Shown here one piece after another: positions 31,883 to 48,270 of a stretch of DNA of 64,000 bases. The stretch comes from the human T2T-CHM13v2.0 reference genome, Homo sapiens: the NCBI RefSeq assembly GCF_009914755.1, contig NC_060939.1. One strand, given 5' to 3'. Numbering within the stretch: the stretch's first letter is position 1; every line of letters begins with the position of its first letter. A program made the position numbers and the translations under genes. The notes beneath the pieces are model-generated. The model ran no database searches. It was given only the letters and a program-made list of their open reading frames with translations, and was not told the origin of the DNA.

Positions 31883-32060
31883 TTGTTTTTGTTAATTGAG
31901 ACATAATTCACATACTACAAAATTCCCCCTTGGAAAGGGTACCACTCAATGGTTTTTAGTATATTCACAAAGTTGTACAACTATAACTCTAATTTCAGAA
32001 TGTTTACATCACCCCCCAAAAAGAGTCACTGTCCCCATGAGCAGTCCTTCCCATGCCCGT
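31883..32060 (-). mobile_element. L1MB-like 3' end fragment
   Basis: 'ttgagacataattcacatactacaaaattc...tagtatattcacaaagttgtacaac...atcaccccc'. Confidence 0.8.
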
Positions 32061-32619
32061 TTACTGTGTGCCAACATCATCTAGACTGTTTGCTCCTCCT
32101 CATCTTTCTCTCTCCTCTCCCTGGAATCCTCCAGCTGTCACCAGCCTGGTCACCAGAGATGAAGTCCCTCTGGCTGAGCACAGGGCCAGGGTCATTGCCA
32201 TTTCACTGACCATAAACGGATGGCTGTGCCGCCCTACACAATGTTGTCTCTGACAATGAAGGAACCCCATGATCTTGCTATAACTGATAGAGAGAGTGAA
32301 AGGGTATATATGCAGTCAGAGAGGGAGGCGAAGCTGCCCCTCCCTCCTCGCATGGTTTCTGGGGCCCAACCATGCTTGAGAAATGGGCCCTCCAGGATAC
32401 ACAATATCAGACTGATGGATTAGGAACACTGCAGCATGCTCTGAAATCACCCACATAATTCCCGCCTCTTGCATCACGCCCATTGAAGGGAACACATATT
32501 CCTCACCCTAAGTTTTCAGGAAGAAGAGAGACTTCATTCTCTGAACCCCAAAAGGTGATGTGTACAAGGGACACCCCTCTCTGGCCCCTCATTCCCTCCT
32601 TCCCAAGGGAGGGAGACTT

Positions 32620-32790
32620 AGCACCACTTTATGTAACATGTAGTTTTGTCTTAATTATTGTCTGATCCTCCACTAGAACATAGTGTCCCAGAAAGACAGA
32701 CAGTTGGTTTATCCTTTCCACTGCTGCACCTCCAGTGCCTACAACTGCATCTGACACAGAGTAGATGTTCTGGAAACATGAATGAAGGAG
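32620..32790 (+). mobile_element. L2 3' end
   Basis: 'ccactagaa...ccactgctgcacctccagtgcctacaac...ctgacacagagtagatgttc...tgaatgaa'. Confidence 0.75.
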
Positions 32791-33233
32791 AGGGTCATAA
32801 AGTGCAAAAGTGGCATGAAGTCAGCAGTCAAACCTGAACATGGCAGTCTGTCCGCCACTAATGTGAAAAGCTCTGAATGTTGAGGCTCGCATTTCTTTAC
32901 AAATTATGTTTTATCATATTTAAAAATTGTGTGTTTCACAGGCACTTAGAAAAACAGGCCCATTGTTTGGCAAGCACAGGCCCACAGCTAGAGTTGGCTA
33001 CTACAACTTCCTGGCCACTCTTCTGTTCTCAGGCCTCAATTTCCAGCCCTGTCCATCCATACTCAGCTGGAATCCTGGCTCGGTGGCTGAGGCATACTCA
33101 GAGCAGGCTGCTGGTTTTCCTCCTCCGGCACGACTGCCTCTCTTCTCAGCACATCCCTGAAGCCCCACTAGAAATGCAGTGATGTGGAGAACATCCTAGT
33201 TAAGGCAACACCTCTCAGAGCTGTATGTAGTCA

Positions 33234-33743
33234 TGTTACCAAAAAGTGGTCCCGACCTAGACCCCAAGAGAGGGTTCTTGGATCTCAAGCAAAAAAGAAT
33301 TGGGGGCGAGTCCACAGAATAAAGTGAAAGTGAGTTTACTAGAGAAGTAAAGAAACAAAAGAATGGCTACTCCATAGAAAGAGCAGCCCTGAGGGCTGCC
33401 ATTTGACTATGTTTATGGTTATTTCTTGATCATATGCCAAACAAGGGGTGGAATATTCACAAGTTTTCCGGGAAAGGGCCGGGGATTTCCCAGAACTGAG
33501 GGTTCCTCCCATTTTAGACCATATAGGAAGTTGCCATGGCATTTGCAAAATGTCATGGGAGTGTCTTTTAACATGCTAATACATTGTAATTAGTGTATAA
33601 TGAGCAGTGAGGACGACCAGAGGTCACCACCTTGTTTTTGGTGGGGTTTGGCTGTTTTTTTTTTTTTCTACCACATCTCATTTTATCAGCAGGGTCTTCA
33701 TGACCTGTAGTTTGCAAAACCAATCCTGCAGATTCCTATCTCA
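33234..33743 (-). mobile_element. ERV1 solo LTR (MER66-like)
   Basis: TG..CA termini; 'gaccccaagagagggttcttggatctc' and 'gcagtgaggacgaccagaggtcac'; subfamily name from recall. Confidence 0.8.
33466..33495. promoter_or_regulatory. GAS - NF-kB - GAS motif composite
   Basis: TTCCGGGAA 33466-33474, GGGGATTTCC 33481-33490, TTCCCAGAA 33487-33495; motif match only. Confidence 0.5.
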
Positions 33744-35374
33744 CTTATTCGAACACCTGTGACAATTATAAGCTGCTTGACTTGGGGTGTAAAACGCCAA
33801 GGGATGTGCTCTGGTAACAACAGGTAATAAATACCTTGGCTGTCTTTGGAGTTTCACTTTGCTGAGTGGAGTGTACATATTTGGATCCACAGCCGAATTG
33901 CCCAGACCACAGAGAGGACAGGCTCTTAGTGGTGACATGCCTGTTGCACTGCTCTTCCCCCAGGCAGGTGCTCCTCTAAATAAATGTTCTGCATTTCTTT
34001 GAAGGGGCTCTAAACTGTTATCCCGCCCAGGGTGCCCATGCATGTCAGCCCACTCCCCTCAACCCCATGCTGTACCCCACAATTTACCATTCCTACCAAT
34101 CCATTTTACCTTCCAACCTTGCCCCCACCCCATGGTGGTCTCAGCCACCACCACTAGGCAATAAGAGCTACCACTGGGTTAAAATGACAATTGTTTTAGC
34201 CAAATTTCCTCAAAATAAACAGAGTCCAATCTATGTTCAGTGCTATCCAAGATCATCCCAGACTCACTTCTAAATTTCGTTTCAATGGTTTCCTAATGGA
34301 GCTTCAAGACAATTCACACTAAGTCTTTTACCCAATGGAACCCTTGTCTCTTAGCTTCTGCAGTAACCTAGCAATCCAAATTCAAAAAGAGGAAGTGAAG
34401 GGCTTGTGGAAACTGGGTCAGCATCTCTTAATGGTGTTGATTCAGCAGAGAATCTAGGCCAGTGACATTTTGTCATGACCTACATTGCGGTAGAACCTTT
34501 CATTATACATGGAACTTGAGGCAAGGTTGATTATCTTGGCCTGTAAATGAAGGCACTTCCCCCTCATTCTTGCCAAAGAGAGTGGAAAAACACTTTTAAA
34601 AGTCACTCTACCAACTTTAGCCTTAAGATATTGGGTAAGCTACTTGGCTCTGGGTTTCAATGACTACCAGTTGCCCAACGGCATCTGGATGGCTGCTCTG
34701 CAGCCACTGTGGGTTTGTTTATAACCCGGGTTTTCAGGATAGAGGTTTTTTATCTTCTTCCCTAAGCAGAGAACAATAACCAGAGTGTGTTTAACCATGA
34801 AAGAATAAGGGTAAGCAAATTTGACTTTAAGGCCATGACGTCAAGTGGGGTAAAGAGTCAGTCTCGTTTTGCAGGTAGTTTCACGCAGGTTTGGGCCATA
34901 TGAGGTCCACCCAGGGTCAGACCGTGAACTCCCTGACATCAGTCCTACAGACACACAAGGAGAGCCTGTTAGACCCGGAAGTATATTTGTCCCTCACTCA
35001 GATATACAAAATAATCTGCTCCCAAAAATGTGATTATGGTAAATATTACTTATTTTGTTAGTCTTAGAGCAGGCAGCGACACTTTCTATGCCCTGCCATT
35101 GACAAAACCATATGGCCTACTAAGACCAATTTTTAGTGAAGTAAATTCAAGTCCATAAATATTTTATCATTCAAAAATACAATTCCTAACTTGTCAGTAA
35201 TGGTTACTAACATTTTCTAGAATCTCTTGATTGTAAGGTTAATTTTCATTGAATGTTCCAAGCTCAAGCAGCCTTCACTGCTTTTTATCACTCTGGGTAG
35301 AATGGACCACTTTGTTCCCACAGTCCCCTCTACATGCCTTTATTGAAGTGCACATCACTGATGCTTCCAGTTTT

Positions 35375-35520
35375 GTTCATGTCTGTCTCCATATTGTCTC
35401 TCGATGTTATTAAGGGTCAAGATCATATTTTGATCATCTGTATCTTCTCAGTGCTTAGTATAGTGCCCGGTACAAAGCTGACATCAAATATATATCAGTT
35501 GCATAAGTAAATGGATGAAA
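35375..35520 (+). mobile_element. L2 3' end
   Basis: 'tgtatcttctcagtgcttagtatagtgcccggtaca...aatggatga'. Confidence 0.7.
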
Positions 35521-35879
35521 TCTCTTAGAACAGTGCAAAATGTACGGTTTCTGCAGACAGCTTAATTTCTTTCATTAGCCAAATCATGACCAATAAGCAA
35601 GATTGAAGAGTTAAAATATGGACAAGAATAATTTCTCATTTTCCATTTTCTTCATTTCATAAAGTTTTCTTCCAACTATCCCGTTTCTTCAAAAAAGGAT
35701 ATTTGTATTTTAAGGATATTTTTATTTCTTTTAAGAGTTTATATTATGTAAAGCTGTAAATTCTGCACAGAGATGAGTATAATCCACTATGTAACAAGAG
35801 ACTGGATTTTTGTCCAGGCTCTAACAATAATCAACTGTGTCACATTAGGAAAGTCACTTCCTTATCTGTTGAGAACAGC

Positions 35880-36070
35880 TAGAGGTGGCAGATGAGTTTC
35901 ATCTCAAGGATCAACTCCAATCAATTAGTAGTGACCAGATAAAATACTGTATTGAGGATTCTAAAATCCTATTGACATCAGTGGGAAAGAATGCTGGGAT
36001 CAATTAGTGAGGTCTATAATGAATATGGTGGGAAAGAATGATGGAAAATAAGCCAGATATTAGCCAACCT
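35880..36070 (+). mobile_element. MER102 (hAT-Charlie) relic within a MIR
   Basis: 'agaggtggcagatgagtttcatctc...caactccaatcaattagtagtg...cagtgggaaagaatgctgggatcaattagtga'. Confidence 0.7.
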
Positions 36071-36189
36071 AGTATAAATGATCTCACCAGTCCCCTTCAA
36101 GCTCTAAAATCCTGATTTGTCTTTTATTAATTCACAGATTACCCAGAATATTTTTAACATTTATAACATACACATATATATATGGCCAG

Positions 36190-36420
36190 GATATATTCAG
36201 TATTTACTAAATCCTGGCACTATGCAAAGTACTTTGCATGGGTTGTCTCATTTCCTCCTCACAACACTGCTAAGAGGCCCACACTATTATTATTCACATC
36301 ATACAGGATGAGGAAACTGAATCCAGAGAAGTTGAATGGCTTGCAAGTTCACACGGCTATTAACAGTGAAATCGAGACTCACATCCTGAGCACCTTTCTC
36401 CCGGAACTATGCTCTTAATC
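36190..36420 (-). mobile_element. MIRb relic
   Basis: 'ctcatttcctcctcacaacac...gatgaggaaactgaatccagagaagttgaatggcttg'. Confidence 0.75.
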
Positions 36421-38506
36421 GTTATGTTGGGTTAGATAGTCTACTTTGGCTTCCTTCTAAACAAAACAAAACAAAGAAAACCTAAGATAATGTCTGCAAT
36501 AGAAAAAAGAAGCATATTCAGCTGACAGGAAATTGCTTGTATTCCACTCTGACAGACAATGATTTGCAACGTTAAGTAACAAAGGGCAGTACAAATATTG
36601 ACTGTTCCTGAATCACTGATACTGTAAGCAAGTTGTTTGAAATACACATGTTCTTGGGAAAATTCAGACACGTAATCATTTTTCAGTAGTACTATAGAGT
36701 TCATGAAGTTAAGATATTTTATGTAAAATAAAACAGGAAATTAAGAAGTTAAGAACATCCTTTGAGGCCTTGATGCTAACAGATATTCTTTTAGATAGGT
36801 GGTCAGCAACTTTTCCTATCACATATCATCCTCAGCCCCCTCTCAGCTCCACTGACTTCCCTGACACTCAGCAGATGAGCTCCTCTCTCATTTTTCCTTT
36901 TAGGCCAGGTAGACTCATCCATTACACCCCTGCCAGGTCATAATGGCAAGCTACCCTGCAAAAGCTTTTCTAGGTTCAGATTAGAAGAGGTGCTCTAATT
37001 CACAGATTGTGGCATGATAGCTTCCTAGAAATGGCTACACACAGCCAGAAATGGCTAAACAAATTTAATTTACCAATAGGTGGAGCATGAGACCTGGCCA
37101 CACTTCCTTTCACTAAAACCTCAGAAGCACTACCAACCCTCAACGTTAGAAAAGGTCATTTACATGGATGCCCAGAGGGTGGGAGAATGTGCATACTACT
37201 TCACAGAGGAGGACGCTACATTTTGCTGCATTTTGTACATGCATTTTCTTGTGTCTTTACTCTCATTTCCCTACTCACTCCTCTCTATTCAAGACTATTC
37301 CTTATGTCATCTAGGCTCTGATCTCATCATTTATAACTTTCTTCTTTCCTACATTGGGTTTAAATTAATTTCCAATTACTCATTAAATACACTAATGGAT
37401 TCTCCTTTTAAGAAATTCAGACATTACAGATAAGGCTAAAGTCCCATAGGCAGTTGAAAATATAGATCTTGAAGGAGAGGTCTAGGACTAGTAGCTTAAA
37501 TGTAACTGAAGCTTACCATTGGTCATCATGATGGACAGAATTTTCTCCTCTGTATTAAACTTTAAAAAAAAAAAAAGTAGTTCCCTCCTCCTCAGCATAA
37601 GTTGCCTCAAATCACTTTTACTTTCAGAAACAAAACAAACAAAACCAAAAAACCCTCTCTTTTTCCTAAATCTTCCTCTAGCTACCATCTCTTTTCCTCC
37701 TCTCCTTCCAGTCACTTCTTTTAAGGTTTTCTCTGTATCTTTCCGTTTATGCAGTTTCATTACAATGTATCTTCTTCCTGTTTACATTGGGTTAGACCTA
37801 ATGACAATGAACATAAATTTATATCAAGAGCAAAACAAAACAAAAAAACACCCAAGTTTATTTAATTGCTGCCTTCTGCTACCCCTTGGCCCAGAGAGCT
37901 GGGAGTAGGGATGGGGAAGCCAGAAGGCAGTGCACGATTAGACCCATCTGGTATATTCTCAGACAGACAGACAGAGGGCCCCCTAACGGTAAGCAGCTGC
38001 TTCTTCCAGTTATAGTACAATATTTGCATCCTGGAATTCCCAGCACACTGTTAAGTACTTGGCACAGCTGGAGAGCAGGTTATTGCTAAGTTAAGCACTT
38101 CCTTTCACAAAACCTTATCTAGGTGTAAGTGATTATTACCAGAAGTGTCCAGCTCACTTCTCTACTTCATCCCTGTCAGTCAATCATACTCATATGTTTA
38201 CTCTCATATATTTACTCTCATATCATCACATATCATCATAATAAATTTGTTTATGCTTTTAAGCCTAAGATCCTTCTAATTTTTTCTGGCAACACTCCAA
38301 AAAGAGTCTCAATACATGAGGTATTAAGCTATTAAATCCATGGATCAAAAGGGAAGGCCCAAAATTTTCTCTTACTATAACATTCCATATGTACACAAAC
38401 AAACCAGAAATAAATTCTCTTCATAAAAGGACAGCTAGTTGTCTTGATAAAATTTAATAAGTAGTATCCATTCTTTCCCCAAAGATTTAAAACCACTTTT
38501 ACCATA

Positions 38507-38858
38507 TGGATTAGTCCATTTTCATGCTGCTGATAAAGACATATCTGAGACTGGGCAATTAACAAAAGAAAGGTTTATTGGACTTCCAGTTCCACGTGGC
38601 TGGGGAGGCCTCACAATCATGGCAGAAGGCAAGGAGGAGTAAGTCATATCTTATGTGGATGGCAACAGGCAAAGAGAGAGCTTGTGCGGGGAAGCTCCCC
38701 CTTATAATACTGTCAGATCTCGTGAGACTCACTCTCTATCACAAGAACAGCATGGGAGAGACCTGCCCCCATGATTCAATTACCTTTCACCAGGTCTCTC
38801 CCACAACACATGGGAATTCAAGATGAGATTTAGGTGGGGTCACAGCCAAACCATATCA
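38507..38858 (-). mobile_element. THE1A-like MaLR solo LTR
   Basis: 'gctgataaagacata...cacagccaaaccatatca'; short 'gggaattcaagatgag' form; perfect 5-bp TSD ccata. Confidence 0.93.
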
Positions 38859-38859
38859 C

Positions 38860-39150
38860 CATAAACTTCATTTTTAACTATACAGGGCTCTGTTTTCTTT
38901 CTTTTTTTTTAATGGTTCTTTGATCTTTAATTCTAGTCCAATGTCAGTACTATGCTGTTCTAATTGCTGCAGTTTCTCATTATATTTTGATATTTGGTAG
39001 GGTAAGTGCCCTTTTATTGTTATTTTCAGCAAAAATATTTTGGAGGGGGATCTAGTCTATACACTTGGTCTTCCATGTGAACTTCAGAATCAGCTTGTTA
39101 TTTTCTATTAAATATTATTTTTGAATTGGTATAGGGGCATATTAAATCAG
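38860..39150 (-). mobile_element. Old L1M ORF2 fragment (host of the THE1)
   Basis: 'ttttgatatttggtagggtaagtgccc...ttccatgtgaacttcagaatcagcttgt'. Confidence 0.6.
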
Positions 39151-39189
39151 TGAGAATGAGCTGGACTTTATAATATTCCAGTATTGGAG

Positions 39190-39610
39190 ATAACCAGATA
39201 ACTACATGGAAAAAAGATAAAATCATATTTACTATTGTCACAATTTATCAAGATATTTTCAACATGGACAAGATATTAATGCAAAAATAAAACGACAAAA
39301 ATACTTAAAGAAAATGTGAGTGAATTCCTCTATAAGCTGTGAATGTGGAAAATCTTTATATGACTCAATATCCAGACAAGGTAAGGAAGATTGATAAAGC
39401 TGACCACATTAAAAAAAATTAATGGTAAAAGACTCCAACAAATGACAAAGTAGACACATGACAACTGGAAAAAATATTAGCAACTTGTATCATAGGTAAA
39501 GAGTTGATACCCTTAATATACAAAGAGTTTCTAAAAACAATCAATAACCCTATGGAAAAATAGGCAAGAGATAAAAGCAAAATAATAAGAGAAATGCAAC
39601 TTAAAGTTTT
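39190..39610 (+). mobile_element. Old L1M ORF2 3' fragment
   Basis: 'atgacaactggaaaaaatattagcaacttgtatcataggtaaagagttgataccc...aaaaataggcaagag'. Confidence 0.65.
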
Positions 39611-39635
39611 TTTCAAATCTGCTCCCCAAATATCA

Positions 39636-40467
<832 letters not shown>

Positions 40468-40469
40468 AC

Positions 40470-43610
<3,141 letters not shown>

Positions 43611-43611
43611 A

Positions 43612-44284
43612 TGGGTGAATGTACCAGACAGTCCAGATTTCAAGTTTTAGTTTGAACAGTGGGGATTGGCTCCCGCAGCTTTCCTTGCTGGTTGACAGAA
43701 GCCTGGACTCACTTGTGGCCTTTATTAAATCAAGTTGAGTTGCCAACACTTCCTTTATAAAATACAGAAGGAAGAATCCAAAGGCTTAGGGGAAAAGTAA
43801 AGTAAGAATGAATTTACTATGGGGGATCTGCTCAGCCACCCCCTCATTATGACCCCTGGAGGTCCCAGAGGGCACTGTCATCAGCAAAGCCATTCATTGG
43901 TGAGGAGTGTCTGGCATCCATTAAAGGACCTATGGTCACTGTCATCCACACCTGGGAGGATGAAAGTAGGAGGTGCTCTGTTGACATGGACCTCCTGATT
44001 TCAGTGAGCTCAGTGGGCGTGATGGGATCTCAGAGTGGCAGAGGCAAGCTCTGCATGGTCACCAGACTGGGCAGCAGGGAGGGAGTGGAAATCAAGAGGG
44101 CTGACCCTGCAGGAACTTTGGTGGTGGCTAGTTGGTCATGTGTTCCCTAAGACTGAAAAGATGGGAAGCTGCAAAAGCTACACTTGACCTGTATAATAAT
44201 ACAAAAAAAATCTAGATTTTATGATCAGTCATATGGTTGACCCATGACTGTGAAAAGTTATGGGTCAATTCCCAGACTTTATCC
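43612..44284 (+). mobile_element. ERV-L class internal (gag) relic, HERV16/ERVL-E-like
   Basis: Encodes CWLTEAWTHLWPLLNQVELPTLP from 43686, then IQRLR and MGSQSGRG, matching ERV-L gag WLxEAWxxRWPTxxEVEMPxLPW. Confidence 0.75.
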
Positions 44285-44609
44285 CAGGGATCAGCAAACC
44301 TTTTCTGTAAAGGGTCAGATAGTAAATAGTTTAGGCTCTGAGGGCCAAATGTCTCCATCATAGCTACTCAGCTCTGATGCTGTAGTATAAAATCAGCCTT
44401 AGATAGCGTGGAAAGGAATAAGTGTGGCTGTGTTCCTATGAAACTTTATCTGTGGTCACCGAAATGTAGATTTCATGTCATGAAATATTATTGTTATTTT
44501 GATTTTTTTCAACCATTTAAAAATGTAAAAATTATCTTTAACTTGCAGGCCATATGAAAACAGGAAGCAGGTCAGATTTGGTCTGTGAGCCGTAGTTTGC
44601 CAGACGCTG
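44285..44609 (+). mobile_element. MER58B (hAT-Charlie MITE)
   Basis: 'cagggatcagcaaaccttttctgtaaagggtcagatagtaaata' ... 'gccgtagtttgccagacgctg'. Confidence 0.88.
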
Positions 44610-45343
44610 TATTAGTGGTCCACAGACTTGATACCCCTTGGATACTAACCACAGCTGGAATCAATCCTGGATTTGCCAAGTCCCTTTAGATGCCATATTT
44701 TCAACTGCCAGCCCTTCATTAATGGCCTCTTCCTCTCTCCCAAGAATCCCAATGATGTGCCCAAATGAATCACAGCTGTGCTTCGAGTTCTAGGTGTTCC
44801 TCCAGCCCAATGACCCTATTACTTACCTCCAGTGATACCCTTTCCCGTACTTTTCCCTGTCCATGAAACCTTTTCCTCCCTTCCCACCTAGTCGTTATGC
44901 CACAGCTGTGCTCTGCCATAACCTTAAATGAGCATTAAGAGAGAGGGGCTTACAAAAGGGTAAAGTTGTTTTAGTCTCCTGCTATGATTGATTTGTCCTG
45001 GTAATTTGCAGCACTATGATTTCTCCTTAGCCAGGAAGCAGTAGCCTTACTTAGCAGAGTTTAGGGAAAAAACCCCACACAATGTAATACATATTGTTAC
45101 TTCTGGCTTTGCTGATTTTGCTTCTCTGCTCTTCACAGTCTGTCCTTCCTGTACAACAACTATGCAACCTCAGAAAAACTAGTCTTGGGCCCCAAAGATT
45201 ACTTGTCTGGTTTATCCTACCTGATTTTGTAGCATATTTGCATAATCAGTATTTCTGTACGCCCACTGCTGGATATAAGTACATAGATGAGCATTAAAAA
45301 TCTGACTGGCTGTCTCTCTTTTGTTTTTTTCTCTCTCACATGG

Positions 45344-45351
45344 TTTTATTT

Positions 45352-45390
<39 letters not shown>

Positions 45391-46808
45391 TTTTATGTAA
45401 TGTTACTTTAAGTTCTGGGATACATGTGCAGAACGTAAAGGTTTGTTGCATAGGTATACATGTACCATGGTGGTTTGCTGCACCTATCAACCCGTCATCT
45501 AGGTTTGAAGCCCCACATGCATTAGGAATTTGTCCTAATGCTCTCCCTCTCCTTGCTCCCCACCCCTCAACAGGCCCCGGTGTGTGATGTTCCCCTCCCT
45601 GTGTCCATATGTTCTCATTGTTCAACTCCCACTTATGAGTGAGAACATGCAGTGTTTGGTTTTCTGTTGTTGTGTTAGTTTGCTGAGAGTGATGGCTTTC
45701 AGCTTCATCCATGTCCCTGCAAAAGACAGGAACTCATTCTTTTTATGGCTGTATAGTATTCCATGGTGTATATGTGCCACATTTTCTTTATCCAGTCTAT
45801 CACTAATGGGCATTTGGGTTGGTTCCAAGTTTTTGCTATTGTAAATAGTGCTGCAATAAACATACGTGTGCATGTGTCTTTATAGTAGAATGATTTTTAT
45901 AATCCTTTGGTTATATACCCAGTAATGTGATTGTTGGGTCAAATGGTATTTCTGGGTCTAGATCCTTGAGGAATCGCCACACTGCCTTCCACAATGGTTG
46001 AACTAATTTACATTCCCACCAACAGTGTAAAAGTGTTCCTATTTCTCTACAGCCTCACCAGCATCTGTTGTTTCCTGACTTTTTAATGATCGCCATTCTG
46101 ACTGGCGTGAGATGGTATCTCATTGTGGTTTTGATTTGCATTTGTCTAATGTCCAGTGACGATGAGCTTTTTTTCATATGTTTGTTGGCTCCATAAATAT
46201 CTTCTTTTAAGAAGTGTCTGTTCATATTCTTCACCCACATTTTGATGGGGTTGTTTGTTTTTTTCTTGAAATTTTGTTTAAGTTCCTTATAGATTCTGGA
46301 TATTAGACCTTTTCCAGATGGGTAGATTGCAAAAAATTTTCTCCCATTCTGTAGGTTGCCTACTCACTCTGATGATAGTTTCTTTTGCTGTGCAGAAGCT
46401 ATTTAGTTTAATTAGATCCCATTTGTCAATTTTGGCTTTAGTTGCCATTGCTTTTGGTATTTTGGTCGTGAAGTCCTTGCCCATGCCTATGTCCTGAGTG
46501 GTGTTGCCTAGGTTTTCTTCTAGGGTTTTTATGGTTTTGGGTTTTACATTTAAGTCTTTAATCCATCTTGAGTTCATTTTTGTATAAGGTGTAAGGAAGT
46601 GGTCCAGTTTCTGTTTTCTGCATATGGTTAGCCAGTTTTCCCAGCGCCATTTATTGAATAGGGAATCCTTTCCCCATTGCTTGTTTTTGTCAGGTTTGTC
46701 AAAGATCAGATGGTTGTAGACGTGTGGTGTTACTTCTGAGATCTCTGTTCTGTTCCATTGGTCTATATCTCTGTTTTGGTACCAGTACCATGCTGTTTTG
46801 GTTACTGT
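45344..46808 (-). mobile_element. 5'-truncated LINE-1 (L1PA7-like) with (TTTA)n tail
   Basis: Minus-strand ORF2 fragments ([11 protein letters not shown]...; [11 protein letters not shown]...); 3' UTR 'gcacctatcaacccgtcatctagg'. Confidence 0.95.
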
Positions 46809-47069
46809 GTTGGCTCTCTTTTAACACATGCTTCCACAATTGTAATTCTACGTCTCCATTAGAATCTTCTTTCTTAACTTTTCGGTTTGTTTTGCTTACA
46901 TGAGGCAAAAACATCTTTTTCTTCCAACCTGCCACACAGCTGTGGTCCTGATTTCACCCATTTATTCTTCTGAGTTTCTTGACCATCATTTCTGTTTATT
47001 TCTATTGCTACCATCTTGATTTCACTTCTCCACTCTTCTGCACACTGTAGTACACATGATACGAAGTGC

Positions 47070-47260
47070 ACAGATTAGGAAAGAAAAGATCTATTGAGTT
47101 CTAGTCCTGGCTTAGTTATTTGGTATCTATGCAATCTTAGCAAATCATGCACCTCTCTGAAATTCAGTTTATCAGCTGAAAAATGGGCTAATACTATCCC
47201 TGCCTATTTCACTGGATTGTAGTGAGAATCAAATGAGGCAACACATGTCCAGGTGTTTCC
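47070..47260 (+). mobile_element. MIR relic
   Basis: 'tgagttctagtcctggc...acctctctgaaattcagttt...tgaaaaatggg...gattgtagtgagaatcaaatgag'. Confidence 0.75.
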
Positions 47261-48099
47261 TAAAACACTATTTATTTTTTTCTTCCCAACTTTTATTTCA
47301 GGTTCAAGGGTTACATGTGGAGTGAGAAAGAAAGGCGTAGAGTCTGCATGTTGGGATTCCCTCTCCAGGCCTTGGGGCCGTAGGAAATTCTTTCCTATTC
47401 TGCTGATTAACTAATGCAACTAGTTCACTCCAGACCAGGGAGAGGAATAGACCTCCACACTGACACTCCCAGGTCTCCTCTTGGTTTTATTTTAGCAGAA
47501 GCCCAACAGAAGTGGCAGCACCTTTGCAGCCTCCCTGTGACCTCTCTGGTTGGGCCCAGTCTGGTCTGAGAGTGTGTTCTGCCAACTTGAGCACTCTAGC
47601 AAGAATCAGGAGACTTCGGGGATTTTCCACTGGGTTGAAAACACTTCAGTGTTACCTAGTGCCAGCACTGCCAGGTCTCAAAGTCTGGAGCCATCTATAA
47701 ACAAGTTCTAGCCAGATAACTGCCACGAGCCCCCACCCCACTTAAACTAACAAAAACACTCTTATCTCCCAGCCAAAAAAGAAAAAAATCCCCATCATCG
47801 TCCAAATGCACCAACTTCCTATTTTTCCTGGCTGGCTGCCCTTTCTTCTTCATTGCCTCCTCTTCGTTTCCCAGCAGCAGCCAACATTCCCCGCAACTTG
47901 ATCAGCAGGGCAGGGCGGGTTCTACCCAGTAGTGTGCAGGACATAATGTGTGGGAGGAGACGCTGGAGGGGGCATAGCAGGTCTCCCCCAGTTCTCCAAG
48001 AGCCAGAGGCATTTACAAGCCTGGCCTGGGGAAAGAGCCCATGGCCTACTCTAAATAAACACTTTAGATCCTGGATGGAGTCATTGGAAGTCACATGTG

Positions 48100-48270
48100 T
48101 TCGGTGCTTCAGAGCTTACAAAGCTATTTCATACATATTACCTGGCCCCATGAGGTCGGATCTTATCTTCAATTCAAAGATGAGGAAACTCAAGCTCAGA
48201 TAATTTAAATGGCTTTTCTAAGATTATCTAGCAGAGTCTGGAACTGAATTTTGGACTTCTGAGTAAACCC
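48100..48270 (-). mobile_element. MIR relic
   Basis: 'agatgaggaaactcaagctcagataatttaaatggc'. Confidence 0.65.

Noticed and set aside
45305-46822. TSD for the L1PA7-like element (tggct..ctctttt)
   Set aside because: Match needs an indel and lies in low-complexity sequence; not secure
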